Part shown: positions 17,719 to 28,277 of the stretch, piece after piece | Layout of the letters: each line of letters opens with the position of its first letter | How positions within the stretch are numbered: the stretch's first letter is position 1 | Source of the DNA: an uncultured Desulfobacterales bacterium | GTDB taxonomy: Bacteria; Desulfobacterota; Desulfobacteria; Desulfobacterales; C00003060 | DNA length: 59,869 nucleotides | NCBI GenBank assembly: GCA_964430705.1 | Contig: CAYSGJ010000171.1 | Span: 1 to 59,869, forward strand | Direction of reading: 5' to 3' | Program-made: the position numbers and the translations under genes | Notes under the pieces: generated by a model | Told to the model about the DNA's origin: nothing | Seen by the model: only the letters and a program-made list of their open reading frames with translations | Database searches by the model: none

Positions 17719-19244
17719 TTGTGCTCCATCACTATCTCAAAACGAATTTGATTCGTCTTGCTGTCGAGTTGTGCCGAGGCAATCGACACGTTTTTCAAAT
17801 AGCTTGATTTTTCCAATCCGTTCTTGATTTCATCAACCGTATTGAAGGTGTCCGTCAATCCTTTGAGGCGGATTCGCTGTTCATCCATGACGAGACTCGA
17901 AGGGTCCACGTCGGCTGTTTTGGGAATACGCAAACCAATGTCCCTGAGCACATCGACTGTGGCTCTCTGAACCACGGATTCCGCCGGAAAGAGCAAGGCT
18001 TCTTTCGCCTCTCGAATCTTCACTTTCATCTGGTGGACCGGATCGACGATACGTTGCACGTCCGGGAAAGTCTCTTTGAACACGGCGTTGACTTGGGACT
18101 GAATGTGATCGTTTTGTTTCTTCAATACATAGTAGTCGGCAAAATACCGACCTAAAAGCGCCAACAGAATGACTCCCGCGTAAATAGCAACACGCCGGGC
18201 TTCAGTCTTGAGTTGTTCATATTTTTTTGCTTTTTGGAATCTGCCGACCCGGAAGTTGAATCCGTTCCTGTTCTTTTGTTCGCGCAGTGCAAGGGCAAGC
18301 GCACCGTTCATGATCGGCGGATTCCAATCGCCCGAGGTCTCAGGGTCAAATTCCAGCTCCCTGTATTTTGCCAAATCAAGCACTTCTACGGGCTGTTCGA
18401 AATATTCGCCCAGGATTTTATCCAAACCGGAGAACAAGGCCCCGCCTCCGGAAAGCACCAATTTTTCCGGAACGGCTTCCCTCATGGCTTCGTACCGGAA
18501 CGCGTGGAGCGTGTTGCCGAGCGACCGACAAAAAGATCTGATAATGGGGTCGGCAATCTGCAAAAACTTACTTGCCTTATCTTGACATTTCAGTACTTCA
18601 GCTTCCGGTTTGCCGATCTTTTCGGCTTCGGCAATAGCCTCGGTAAGCATGTCCCCCCCGAAGGAAAAGGAACGGACCAAAACGACGGCGCCGTCTATCA
18701 ACAAAACGGCTGAACTTGTTCGCGAACCGATATCAACAAAAAGAATTTTGGAAGTGTCGGTTCGGTCCTTGGAAAGTTGTATGGCTGTTGCCACGCTGTC
18801 TATGTCGATGACATCGGGGTCGAGGCGGAGATTTGCCAGCTGTCCCAAATATTGTTCCAGGGCGGCTTCCTGGACCGAGGCTGAAAGAACCCTTGTTTCT
18901 GTGCCGTTTGCCGCCATAACGTAATCGGTGGCGATGGTTTCGACGGGAAAAGGCAGCATGGGTTCGAGTTCAAACCCGATGGTCTGCGAGATCTTTTTTC
19001 TGTCCTTAAACGGCATGGTCAGGTTACGAAAAGAAACCCGGTCCGTTCGATAGGAGGCATTGCACCCTGATCCCGTCAAGGACATATCCTGTAAAAATGC
19101 CGCGAGTGTCGCCTCAACCCCATCCTTGGGGTCAATGTCCACGTGCGCGCAAGAAGTCACCCTGTACCCTTTTAAGCCTGCTATCACCTTGACGGCCTTG
19201 ATGGAAGCGTGACCAATGTCCAATCCGAGCGTGCTTTCCGGCAT
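17715..19244 (-). CDS. gspL: Type II secretion protein GspL (PilM-like actin domain plus periplasmic domain)
   Basis: LGLDIGHASIK, FVDIG, LSGGGA actin-fold motifs, NFRVG plus TM. Confidence 0.8.
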   Translation of the reverse strand: MPESTLGLDIGHASIKAVKVIAGLKGYRVTSCAHVDIDPKDGVEATLAAFLQDMSLTGSGCNASYRTDRVSFRNLTMPFKDRKKISQTIGFELEPMLPFPVETIATDYVMAANGTETRVLSASVQEAALEQYLGQLANLRLDPDVIDIDSVATAIQLSKDRTDTSKILFVDIGSRTSSAVLLIDGAVVLVRSFSFGGDMLTEAIAEAEKIGKPEAEVLKCQDKASKFLQIADPIIRSFCRSLGNTLHAFRYEAMREAVPEKLVLSGGGALFSGLDKILGEYFEQPVEVLDLAKYRELEFDPETSGDWNPPIMNGALALALREQKNRNGFNFRVGRFQKAKKYEQLKTEARRVAIYAGVILLALLGRYFADYYVLKKQNDHIQSQVNAVFKETFPDVQRIVDPVHQMKVKIREAKEALLFPAESVVQRATVDVLRDIGLRIPKTADVDPSSLVMDEQRIRLKGLTDTFNTVDEIKNGLEKSSYLKNVSIASAQLDSKTNQIRFEIVMEHK

Positions 19245-19246
19245 GG

Positions 19247-20260
19247 TTATTCCACCCTCCGGGACAACATCTGAATATCCCCATTATCGGGATTTCGCCT
19301 CACCACGGAGACAACCTTTTTTTTGGCATCGCCGAACCGCCCCGAACCCACAATTTCAAAATATGTGCTCCGGGCCGATGCCAAATCAAGCAGGTTATTG
19401 TCTATCTTGTCCTTGAACCATTCCCAGTTTTCCAACTCGGCCTCTGTGGCATCTTCACGAAACCCCGCCAGTGTCTCACCATCGTAGTCATTCGACAATG
19501 CCGCGAGAACCACGGACTCTGCGGTGTTGACGTTGATCTGAGGTTTTTCTTTATCTGCAAAAACAGTGATGCACCGTCCAATGCCGGGTTTCTCGTCGTT
19601 CCCGTAAAACAGCTCTGGAGTTATGCCCTTGACCAAAAGCAGTTCTTCCGGGGCATCCATGGGCCCGTTTTTACAATGATACGGTTTTTCCAGGGACTGA
19701 TAGTAATCATCTTCCGCGCCGTGCAGTCTGTGGAAGTCGTCGTCGCCGGCCCTGTCGATCCAGTCCATCGTGGAATCCAAAATCGTGCTGACCGTGGTTG
19801 AATCCAGGCCAAACGCATCCAGGTTCAACAACCTTTCAAATACGCGTTTTACCTTGTCATTGTCAACGACCAGGTTGATGGGGATTCTGCCTGACAAGTC
19901 GTTGATTTTCAATTCAAAGGGGCTGTCCCCCGACGGTTCTTCCAAAACATCGTCCATGGACGCCGCGTTTTGCGTGTCGGCCCAACTGTCTTGGAGAGAA
20001 TCAAATTCCGGTGGATCCGCCTTGAGAACAGCAGAACCATGAGAAATCGCCGACTTGGCCGCATACAACGCCTTGAGGCCATGGGCGATATTGCCGGCGG
20101 AGGTGACCTGGGTGCGCATGTTCCGGTTAAACTCCAGTGATAAAGCGATAATGAAGGTAACAGCCATGATGGTCAGAATCAACGCCACACCACGCTCGTT
20201 TTTATGGTCGTCTTTATCAAGCATGACCTTTTTAGTCAGGCTTACCAAGGCGGCGCTCAT
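19247..20260 (-). CDS. gspK: Minor pseudopilin GspK
   Basis: RG/VALILT prepilin site, DWID, GAEDDYY, EELLLVKG, INVNTA. Confidence 0.9.
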   Translation of the reverse strand: MSAALVSLTKKVMLDKDDHKNERGVALILTIMAVTFIIALSLEFNRNMRTQVTSAGNIAHGLKALYAAKSAISHGSAVLKADPPEFDSLQDSWADTQNAASMDDVLEEPSGDSPFELKINDLSGRIPINLVVDNDKVKRVFERLLNLDAFGLDSTTVSTILDSTMDWIDRAGDDDFHRLHGAEDDYYQSLEKPYHCKNGPMDAPEELLLVKGITPELFYGNDEKPGIGRCITVFADKEKPQINVNTAESVVLAALSNDYDGETLAGFREDATEAELENWEWFKDKIDNNLLDLASARSTYFEIVGSGRFGDAKKKVVSVVRRNPDNGDIQMLSRRVE

Positions 20261-20976
20261 TCCCCTTCAGTCCCTTCACCTGTGATAGCCGGCAATGCAA
20301 TACCGGTGGTAAACGGTATCGGCGTTTCAGGGTTTGACGGGTTGACAAAACCCAGTGAGATGGACACCATGCGAGGCATTCCTTCCTCAGGGTCCCAACC
20401 ATCCTGTTCTTCATCTTCAGGCCCCACATATTTGAACGCAACAAAAGCCAGGTTATTGCATAACGGAAGTCCGTCCAAATCCTCGTCCCGATTGTCTTCC
20501 CAAAGGGTTTGTTCGCTTCGAAAAAGAGTGAGAGCGCCGGACCTTTCGTCTTGTTCAACGTAATAACGGATTGTGACGAGGTTCCACGGGTGATCTTCCT
20601 CGCCAAAGACAATGTATGCGCGAGAAGGGAAAAGCATGGAATCGGCGCTCTGACCTCCCAAGTCGTCGTCTTTGCCTTCAAATTTAGGGTATTGCTCGTC
20701 ATCATCAAATATATTTTGTTGCTCCCCCGAAGGGCCGGCTGCGCCTTTTGCCGGCACATAGACCGATTCGAGATCCTCCAGCATCCTTTCCAAGGCGGTT
20801 CGGGCCATGTAATAGATCTCGGCCTGAGCCTCGGTTTCGCTGACGATACGAAACGTTCCCGAGTAGGAGGCAAATACGGTCGACAAGACGGTGCCGAGAA
20901 TCATGATGGCCACCAGAACCTCCAAAAGGGTAAAACCGCTGAAGTCCCTGTTGCCATGAAGGCGTCGCCGTTTCAT
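20257..20976 (-). CDS. gspJ: Minor pseudopilin GspJ
   Basis: G/FTLLEVLVA N-methylation motif; position between gspI and gspK. Confidence 0.8.
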   Translation of the reverse strand: MKRRRLHGNRDFSGFTLLEVLVAIMILGTVLSTVFASYSGTFRIVSETEAQAEIYYMARTALERMLEDLESVYVPAKGAAGPSGEQQNIFDDDEQYPKFEGKDDDLGGQSADSMLFPSRAYIVFGEEDHPWNLVTIRYYVEQDERSGALTLFRSEQTLWEDNRDEDLDGLPLCNNLAFVAFKYVGPEDEEQDGWDPEEGMPRMVSISLGFVNPSNPETPIPFTTGIALPAITGEGTEGE

Positions 20977-21425
20977 GAGTTTTCCCCGGGTGAAAAAATA
21001 TCATAGACAAGCTCAAATTTGTATATGTCCCGATCCGTCCAAAAGACGGTCAATGCAATCGTTTTTAAATATTCGCCGGGGTTTTGGTCTTCGTTATCGG
21101 AAACGTAACCGACCTCCGCCTTCCAACGATAGGCTGTCCCCGTGTTGTCATCGACGTCGGCTTCCCACTGATATCCGGGAAAATCGTCGCCGAAATCCCC
21201 CGAGCCCGAACCAAGATCCTCCGGTTTCATCGTTTCAAACTCGGCCATCTTGCGCTGGGCAAGAAAAGCCGCCGTGGTGGCGAACTTTGCCTCGCCGGCC
21301 AAAGAAACACTTTGAGACTGAGACCCCAATGCAGCCACCAGGGCCATGGCAATAATCGCCACGGCTACCATGACTTCCAAGAGGGTGAATCCAAAATCAT
21401 TCGGATGTGCCCTAAAGTTCAACAT
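20973..21425 (-). CDS. gspI: Minor pseudopilin GspI
   Basis: G/FTLLEVMVAVAI; 150 aa; cluster order. Confidence 0.85.
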   Translation of the reverse strand: MLNFRAHPNDFGFTLLEVMVAVAIIAMALVAALGSQSQSVSLAGEAKFATTAAFLAQRKMAEFETMKPEDLGSGSGDFGDDFPGYQWEADVDDNTGTAYRWKAEVGYVSDNEDQNPGEYLKTIALTVFWTDRDIYKFELVYDIFSPGENS

Positions 21426-22005
21426 ATTCGTTATAAATTTTGACGGTGCCCAGAAAAGGGCTTATCACAAGCGAACAAACCCTGTCGCCCTTCGTCCCCA
21501 GGTGGATGGCTGCGTATTCCACATAGCCTTTTTTGTTGAATCGGATTACGGCGCCCCCGACGCTCTTCGGTTCTTTTCCCCGATGGGCGACATCAATGAT
21601 GTGGACATTTCCCGGCAATTCAAAGGCATTATCTCGGACATCCGACTGCTCTTCTTCAGTGATGCCGGTCCATTCTTCCCAATAACGGCGGGAGCCTATA
21701 TCAAAGTGTAATTGGTAGTCTTTTTGTTCCCGAATGGCTTTTTCCTTCAATGTCTTAACCGCACCGACCATGCGGCGTGTGGCGGTCTTGAGATCGTCCG
21801 ACACGAATGCATATTGAATCCGCGGCATAGTCAGAGCAAGCATCAAGCCGATGAGGAAGATGACCACGGTCAGTTCGATCAGCGTGTAGGCGGCGGCGTT
21901 GTTCGTGTGGTGGAAGGGTCTTTTGGGGACCCAATTGACGCCGACCCGGCCTGCGAGCCGACCAGCCAAGCTATCCTTCCAATTCCCAGTTGTTGATATC
22001 GGCAT
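21412..22005 (-). CDS. gspH: Minor pseudopilin GspH
   Basis: A/YTLIELTVV variant prepilin motif; start overlaps gspG end. Confidence 0.75.
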   Translation of the reverse strand: MPISTTGNWKDSLAGRLAGRVGVNWVPKRPFHHTNNAAAYTLIELTVVIFLIGLMLALTMPRIQYAFVSDDLKTATRRMVGAVKTLKEKAIREQKDYQLHFDIGSRRYWEEWTGITEEEQSDVRDNAFELPGNVHIIDVAHRGKEPKSVGGAVIRFNKKGYVEYAAIHLGTKGDRVCSLVISPFLGTVKIYNEYVEL

Positions 22006-22444
22006 TCTCGTCCTCGCCGCCGCCCTGTCCGTCTTTGCCGTACGAACTCAGGTCGAAATCCCCGTGGACGCCCGGCGACAAATAGACAAATTCATTGCCC
22101 CAGGGGTCTTTCGGCACCTGCCCCTTTTCCAGATAGCCTCCCTTGCGCCACTGTTTGGCAAGCGAACCAACCGACGGGGCTTCAACCAATGCCTGAAGGC
22201 CCTGTTCCGTTGTGGGGTAAGATCCGTTGTCGAGTTTGTACAACTTCAGAGCTGTTTCAATGCTTTCAATCTGTATTCTGGCCTTCATCCTTCGGGCCTC
22301 TTCCGGTCTGCCCATGATCCTGGGGATGATCAGGCCCGCCAGAACCCCCAGAATCACAATAACAACCATCAATTCAATCAGGGTGAAACCTCGCCGGTCA
22401 ATCAGGGTGAAACCTCGCTGGAGATTTCTTTCCTTAAAGTTCAT
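21971..22444 (-). CDS. gspG: Major pseudopilin GspG
   Basis: GFTLIELMVV, YKLDNGSYPTTEQGLQALV, PKDPWG, SYGKDG...DINNW. Confidence 0.95.
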   Translation of the reverse strand: MNFKERNLQRGFTLIDRRGFTLIELMVVIVILGVLAGLIIPRIMGRPEEARRMKARIQIESIETALKLYKLDNGSYPTTEQGLQALVEAPSVGSLAKQWRKGGYLEKGQVPKDPWGNEFVYLSPGVHGDFDLSSYGKDGQGGGEDENADINNWELEG

Positions 22445-22651
22445 TGCCGAACCTCCTCGTTATATCTATTCATTTGTTGTAAAATTTCAGCGTCTTTAAC
22501 ATTCCGGGAGTCCAGAGGTTATCGGATTTCAATTCAGGTACCTGTTCGAGCCCGCCAAAACCCCTAAACTATCGCTTTAACAATATCATCAAATAATGAA
22601 GATTTTATGTTTCCTGGACGTCATTCCGATGTGTTTAATAAAACGGTTTCC

Positions 22652-23884
22652 TTATCGTATCATCTGGTTCATTTCGAAGATAGGCAGCAGGATGGCCACC
22701 ACAATGAAACCGACGAAAACCGCCATGACCAAAATCATGATGGGTTCAAGCATGGAGGTCATTGCCATGATCTGTGATTCAACATCTCTTTCATAGGACT
22801 CTGCAATTTTTTGCAGCATGGCCTCAAGTTCCCCGCTTTGCTCCCCTACGGATATCATCTGGACTGCAATCGCAGGAAACCAGGGGCTCTGTCCCAGGGG
22901 AACGGCAAGACTTTTCCCCGATTCGATGTCTTCACACGCCTTATCGATGTCTTTTGCTATGACCACATTATTGACGATGTTTTTCACGATTTCAAGGGCT
23001 GTGAGAAGCTGAACGCCGCTTTCAAGAAGGGTGCCCAGTGTTCTTGCAAACCGACCCAGCGCGATTTTTTGATTGATAGGACCAAAAATCGGAAAACGCA
23101 ATATTATCCGATCCCACACAGGACGCCCTTTGGGGGTCTTGATGAAGTGTTTGGCAGAGACAAACGCCGCAACGCACAGCAAGACGACAACCCACCAGAA
23201 TAACTTAAGAAAATCGCTTAACGAAATGAGCATTAACGTTGGCAGCGGCAGGGTTTGTTTCATTTCGCTGAAAACTTGTGTGATATTGGGAACAATGAAG
23301 GCGACCAGGAAAAATAGAACCACGCTGCCCACAAAAGACATGAAAATAGGATAGGCCAGAGCAGCCTTGAAACGGCCCCGCAAGGCCTCTTGATGTTCTC
23401 CGTATTCCGCCAGGCGCCCCAATACCACATCCAGCGATCCCGACGCTTCCCCGGCTCGAACCATGTTTATATATACATTTGAAAACAACTTTGAATGCCG
23501 GGACAGAGAAAACGCCAGACTGTTTCCTTCGTTTACAGACTCTTTAATCTGGGCCAGGTGCTTCTTGAACAAAGGATTGGTTATTTGCGCCAACAGAGCT
23601 TCCAGGGCGCCCACCAACGGCACGCCTGCGGCCAGCAGAATAGACAACTGCCTGGTCATCACCGAAATTTCTACGGGTTTGACTCTCTTGAACAGGGTTG
23701 AAACAGAAACGCTTGCCGACGACGGCCCGGTCGATTTAAGACCCGAAATGGTTTCTTTGACTTCCACGGGGAAAACGCCGGATCCCCGCAGCTTCTGACG
23801 GGCCGTGACGGCGCTGTCGGCGTCAATGATTCCGCTCGCGCTTTTCCCTGATGCGTCCAGGGCGGTATATTCGTAAACCGGCAT
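22652..23884 (-). CDS. gspF: Type II secretion inner membrane platform GspF
   Basis: MPVYEYTALD start, RQLSILL, GEASGSL, ALAYP, GEQSGEL, MLEP. Confidence 0.95.
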   Translation of the reverse strand: MPVYEYTALDASGKSASGIIDADSAVTARQKLRGSGVFPVEVKETISGLKSTGPSSASVSVSTLFKRVKPVEISVMTRQLSILLAAGVPLVGALEALLAQITNPLFKKHLAQIKESVNEGNSLAFSLSRHSKLFSNVYINMVRAGEASGSLDVVLGRLAEYGEHQEALRGRFKAALAYPIFMSFVGSVVLFFLVAFIVPNITQVFSEMKQTLPLPTLMLISLSDFLKLFWWVVVLLCVAAFVSAKHFIKTPKGRPVWDRIILRFPIFGPINQKIALGRFARTLGTLLESGVQLLTALEIVKNIVNNVVIAKDIDKACEDIESGKSLAVPLGQSPWFPAIAVQMISVGEQSGELEAMLQKIAESYERDVESQIMAMTSMLEPIMILVMAVFVGFIVVAILLPIFEMNQMIR

Positions 23885-23993
23885 ATGACACGAATGACCT
23901 TTGTACGCCAAGGCCCCGGCGAAAGCGGGTAACCGCATCATTGACCAGGACCGACACGCGTACGTGAAAGGCCCACGAATTTGCCCGTGGGCA

Positions 23994-24767
23994 TCAACGA
24001 ACATATAAATCAAATCTATCAACACCAACAACAGGTGTCAACAACGCCAAGTATTCCTGATTGCCTTTGGGGCCCAAAACAGGGGAAGCAACGACTTGCT
24101 TCTGGAAAAAACAGAGCTTTTCAAACACCCGGGCAAGGTCGTTAATCACGTTGTGGTGTAACGCAGGATCTCGCACCACGCCGCCTTTTCCCACCAACCC
24201 TTTCCCCACTTCAAACTGAGGCTTGATGAGACATATAATAAGGCCGGTCTTTTTTAAAAAATGTCTGACACGCGGTACCACGAGCTTGAGCGAAATGAAT
24301 GAGACGTCAATACATGCCAGATCAAAGGATTCGGGAAGGCTTTTTCTATCAAGATAGCGGATGTTGGTTCGTTCCAAAAGGTGAACCCGGCAATCCGTTC
24401 TGAGCTTCCAGTGAAACTGACCATAGCCTACGTCAACGGCGGTAACATGCGCTGCGCCGTGCTGGAGCAAACAATCCGTAAATCCGCCGGTTGAGGCCCC
24501 CACATCGAGGCACCGCAAACCCTTGACGTCGAGTTGAAAACGGCGAAGCGCGGCTTCAAGTTTCAAACCGCCGCGGCTTACATAGGCAATATCGTTGCCG
24601 GTGATACGGATGCCGGCGTCTTCAGGCACATAGGTTCCGGCTTTTGTGATGCGCCGCCCCTCAACCAGGACCTGACCGGCGAGAATAAGCCCGAGTGCCC
24701 GCCTGCGGCTTGTGGCAAGCGTCCTTTCTACAAGCAGAACGTCGAGTCTTTTCTTTTTCTTTCCCAC
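23994..24767 (-). CDS. tlyA: TlyA family rRNA methyltransferase
   Basis: KRLDVLL S4 domain, YVSRGGLKL, DVGASTGGFTD, DVSFISL, LIKPQFE, GPKGN; GTG start. Confidence 0.93.
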   Translation of the reverse strand: MGKKKKRLDVLLVERTLATSRRRALGLILAGQVLVEGRRITKAGTYVPEDAGIRITGNDIAYVSRGGLKLEAALRRFQLDVKGLRCLDVGASTGGFTDCLLQHGAAHVTAVDVGYGQFHWKLRTDCRVHLLERTNIRYLDRKSLPESFDLACIDVSFISLKLVVPRVRHFLKKTGLIICLIKPQFEVGKGLVGKGGVVRDPALHHNVINDLARVFEKLCFFQKQVVASPVLGPKGNQEYLALLTPVVGVDRFDLYVR

Positions 24768-24768
24768 G

Positions 24769-26733
24769 TCAAAGGTTGTGATTGTGATGAGGGGCGTCGG
24801 CCAATGACCGTGAAGATCCGAGGGACAACCTCGCTTGCGACGATATTTGCACACGGCGTTCGCCCAACAACATGCCGGCAGCCGCTTTTTCAATGCCGTC
24901 TACATCAAGTCCGTGTTTTTTGCGCAATACTTTCTGCGAACCATGGGGAACAAACATATCACGGACGCCGAGGCGCAAAATCCGTTTTACCGCAACCCCT
25001 TGATCCGCCAAACATTCTACGACGGCGCCTCCAAAACCTCCATCAACGACATTTTCTTCCACCGTAACGATATGTGGAATTTTCTGAGCCATAGAGACGA
25101 TCAGATCCTCGTCCAAAGGCTTGATAAACCGGGCGTTCACCACGGTGCTGGAAATCCCTTTATTGAGCAACCGATGCGCTGCTTCGAGTGTCGGGATGAC
25201 GGTTGACCCGATAGCAAAAAACACCAGGTCGGATCCTGAAATCAGGACCTCGGCCTTGCCGACGGAAACGGATTGAGGCTGCCCGGTCAGGGGCACCCCG
25301 AATCCACAGCCCCTGGGATATCTGAGAGCAATCGGCCCCGGGTGCTGAACGGCTGTTTTTAGCATATGCTGCAGTTCGTTTTCATCTTTTGGGGCCATGA
25401 CAACCATGTTGGGCATAGTACGCAGGTAGCACAGATCGAACAAGCCGTGATGGGTCGGGCCGTCTTCGCCGACAATGCCGCCACGATCCAAGGCAAAGAC
25501 CACGGGATGGCATTCCAAACACACATCGTGAAGAATTTGGTCATAGGCCCGCTGAAGGAATGTTGAATATATGGCCACAACCGGCCGAAAACCCTCTGTG
25601 GCCAACCCGGCTGCAAACGTCACGGCATGCTGTTCTGCAATGCCGACATCGAAGAAACGATCCGGAAAGGCCTCTGAAAAAGCCGCAAGACCCGTGCCTT
25701 CGGGCATGGCGGCCGTGACCGCGACGATTCTGTCATTTTTTTCAGCTAATCGGGTCAGTGTCGACCCGAAAACCTCCGTGTAACTCGGGAGATTGTCTTC
25801 CGAACAAACCCCGTTGCCGGTTTTGATTTCAAAAGAACCAACACCATGAAAATACGTAGGATTTATCTCTGCAGGGGGATAGCCTTTCCCTTTTTTGGTC
25901 AGCACGTGAAATAGAATCGGCTTGTGCATCTCCTTCACGTTTTCAAGCGTATCAATCAAATGATCCAGTCTGTGACCCTTAATGGGTCCGAAATAATTAA
26001 AATTGAATGCCTCAAAGAGCATTCCCGGTGTGACGAAGGCTTTGAAAGACTCTTCCGACCTTTTGGCCAGATTGTACACATCGTCACCGAACCTGGGCAA
26101 AGACTTGAAAAAATCCTTGAGTTCTTCTCTAACGGCCACGAAGTGCTTTGCCGACAGCTTCCGGCTCAAAAAGGAAGACAATACGCCGACATTTTTTGCG
26201 ATCGACATTTCATTGTCGTTCAAGACCACAATGAGATCCTTGCGCAGGTCTCCGGCCTGGTTTAACCCTTCGTAGGCAAGCCCCCCGGTCATAGACCCGT
26301 CACCGATGACGGCGATAATCTTTGCCGTGTCGTTTTTCAGCTCTTTGCCGCAGGCCATGCCAAGCGCCGCAGAAATGGACGTGCTGGCATGACCGGTTGA
26401 AAAGGCATCGTGAGGGCTTTCGCTCATGCGGGTAAAACCGCTCAATCCCCGGTATTGTCGTATGGTATGGAATCGATCTTTTCGTCCGGTAAGTATTTTG
26501 TGCGCATAGGCTTGATGTCCAACGTCCCATATGATTTTATCGGTCGGCGAATCGAATACATAGTGCAAGGCTATCGTCAACTCGACAACCCCCAGGCTGG
26601 GAGCAAGATGACCGCCGGTCTTGGAAACAGTCCGGATAATCATATCGCGGATTTCCTTGGCAAGCTCCGGCAGATCGGAACGGTCCAATTTTTTGAGATC
26701 TTGGGGCGAGTCAATTTGGGCCAAAAAATTCAC
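24769..26733 (-). CDS. dxs: 1-deoxy-D-xylulose-5-phosphate synthase
   Basis: GGHLAPSLG, WDVGHQAY, GDGSMTGG, DVGIAEQHA, DGPTHHG. Confidence 0.97.
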   Translation of the reverse strand: MNFLAQIDSPQDLKKLDRSDLPELAKEIRDMIIRTVSKTGGHLAPSLGVVELTIALHYVFDSPTDKIIWDVGHQAYAHKILTGRKDRFHTIRQYRGLSGFTRMSESPHDAFSTGHASTSISAALGMACGKELKNDTAKIIAVIGDGSMTGGLAYEGLNQAGDLRKDLIVVLNDNEMSIAKNVGVLSSFLSRKLSAKHFVAVREELKDFFKSLPRFGDDVYNLAKRSEESFKAFVTPGMLFEAFNFNYFGPIKGHRLDHLIDTLENVKEMHKPILFHVLTKKGKGYPPAEINPTYFHGVGSFEIKTGNGVCSEDNLPSYTEVFGSTLTRLAEKNDRIVAVTAAMPEGTGLAAFSEAFPDRFFDVGIAEQHAVTFAAGLATEGFRPVVAIYSTFLQRAYDQILHDVCLECHPVVFALDRGGIVGEDGPTHHGLFDLCYLRTMPNMVVMAPKDENELQHMLKTAVQHPGPIALRYPRGCGFGVPLTGQPQSVSVGKAEVLISGSDLVFFAIGSTVIPTLEAAHRLLNKGISSTVVNARFIKPLDEDLIVSMAQKIPHIVTVEENVVDGGFGGAVVECLADQGVAVKRILRLGVRDMFVPHGSQKVLRKKHGLDVDGIEKAAAGMLLGERRVQISSQARLSLGSSRSLADAPHHNHNL

Positions 26734-26886
26734 GGCATCCTCTCATCAAGGTGTTGATTCTCTAGCATGTTTATTCACTATATACAATTTGCGTACCAAA
26801 GTACGTCGGCACGCCCCCCGCCTGGCATCTCCGGCAAACTCGGCAGCCGGTGGATCCGGGCATAAAAGCCGGGTTCGGATAATATG

Positions 26887-27786
26887 TTACCGATTTCTAT
26901 AAACAATGTGGTGGGCCAGGGATGCCAGGGCTTTGCCCCTATCTCCGAAGATGCCCAATTCCCTCAAAGCACGTTCCGCCAAGCCCTGAGCCTTGGCTTT
27001 GGCTTTTTCCAGCCCCAGCACCGAGGGGCCGGTGGCCTTTTTAAGTCTTTCATCACTGCCCACGGGCTTTCCGATAATGCTTGCATCTCCTTGAACATCA
27101 AGCACATCATCGACAACTTGAAAAGCAAGGCCGATGTGAACGCCGTAGGCACGTAAAGCCGCCACCTGTTGGGCATTGCCGCCGCCAAGGACGGCGCCGG
27201 CCCGCAAAGAAGCCTCAATCAAAGCGCCGGTTTTCAGCCGTTGCAATGTTTTGAGGTCTTCCCAGGAAATGTCTTTGCCTTCACACGCCAGGTCCAACAT
27301 TTGCCCTTGAACCATTCCGGCCGCCCCGGCCGCCCGGGCCACAAAATAAATGACCTGAAGACATGTGGCGTCCGTGATGTTACCGATTTTATCCCGATAC
27401 CGGCCGGCCAATACCTCAAAAGCCGCCGTCAGCAAGGCGTCGCCGGCCAAAATCGCAGTGGCCTCCCCGAATACCTTATGGTTTGTAGGTTTGCCGCGGC
27501 GAAACCCATCATTGTCCATGGCCGGCAAATCGTCATGAATCAGAGAATACGTGTGTATCAGTTCCAGCGCACACGCCGTATCCATGACCGCCGCATCGGA
27601 ACCGCCGACCGCCTCTGCGGCGGCGATGCACAAAATCGGCCGCAGTCGTTTCCCGCCCGCCTCTACGGAATAACGCATGGCCTCCACCAGCGCGCCGGGG
27701 TGGGAATCGAAACGACCCCACAGGCATTCCAGGGCGGCATCCACCTTGCAGCGCTTTTCATCCAGGTACCCGGTTAAATCGAACAT
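26887..27786 (-). CDS. ispA: Farnesyl diphosphate synthase / polyprenyl synthetase
   Basis: GGKRLRP, SLIHDDLPAMD, RRGKPT, FQVVDDVLD. Confidence 0.93.
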   Translation of the reverse strand: MFDLTGYLDEKRCKVDAALECLWGRFDSHPGALVEAMRYSVEAGGKRLRPILCIAAAEAVGGSDAAVMDTACALELIHTYSLIHDDLPAMDNDGFRRGKPTNHKVFGEATAILAGDALLTAAFEVLAGRYRDKIGNITDATCLQVIYFVARAAGAAGMVQGQMLDLACEGKDISWEDLKTLQRLKTGALIEASLRAGAVLGGGNAQQVAALRAYGVHIGLAFQVVDDVLDVQGDASIIGKPVGSDERLKKATGPSVLGLEKAKAKAQGLAERALRELGIFGDRGKALASLAHHIVYRNR

Positions 27787-27898
27787 GAATATTCTTTTAG
27801 CGCCGGATTCATAAAGAATCCCGCGAGACGTTGCACGGTTTCAGCCCCTTATATGACTTCACTGCCGGAGCCCATGTCCGGGGGCGGGGAGGGGGAAT

Positions 27899-28159
27899 TT
27901 AACTCCCCGTTTCTTTGTCGTTATGGTCAGGTCCTTCGTCCGGCGAAAAAGGGCTTTCATGGACGACTCCCGCCTCATCCTGCAGCAGCAAAGAGACTTT
28001 CTTTTCGCTTTCATCCAGCTTTTTGGCACAAAACCGTGATAATTTGATGCCTTCTTCAAATTTATTTATAGCCGCATCCAGGCCCATCTCACCAGCCTCC
28101 AACTCCTCAACAATAGCCTCGAGCCGCTTTATGGCGTTTTCAAACGTCTGCTTTGCCAT
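27899..28159 (-). CDS. xseB: Exodeoxyribonuclease VII small subunit
   Basis: FENAIKRLEAIVEELE...FEEGIKL; between xseA and ispA. Confidence 0.93.
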   Translation of the reverse strand: MAKQTFENAIKRLEAIVEELEAGEMGLDAAINKFEEGIKLSRFCAKKLDESEKKVSLLLQDEAGVVHESPFSPDEGPDHNDKETGS

Positions 28160-28277
28160 CGCTTACTCCTTTGCAGCGAGAGTTCGGCGCTTTTGGGGGC
28201 TAAACGGCTATCCGGCGCCGATGGCTTTCAAAGGAAATCGGCGCCCCCGGCACAGAGCGGCCCCCGAGGGGTCTTTC

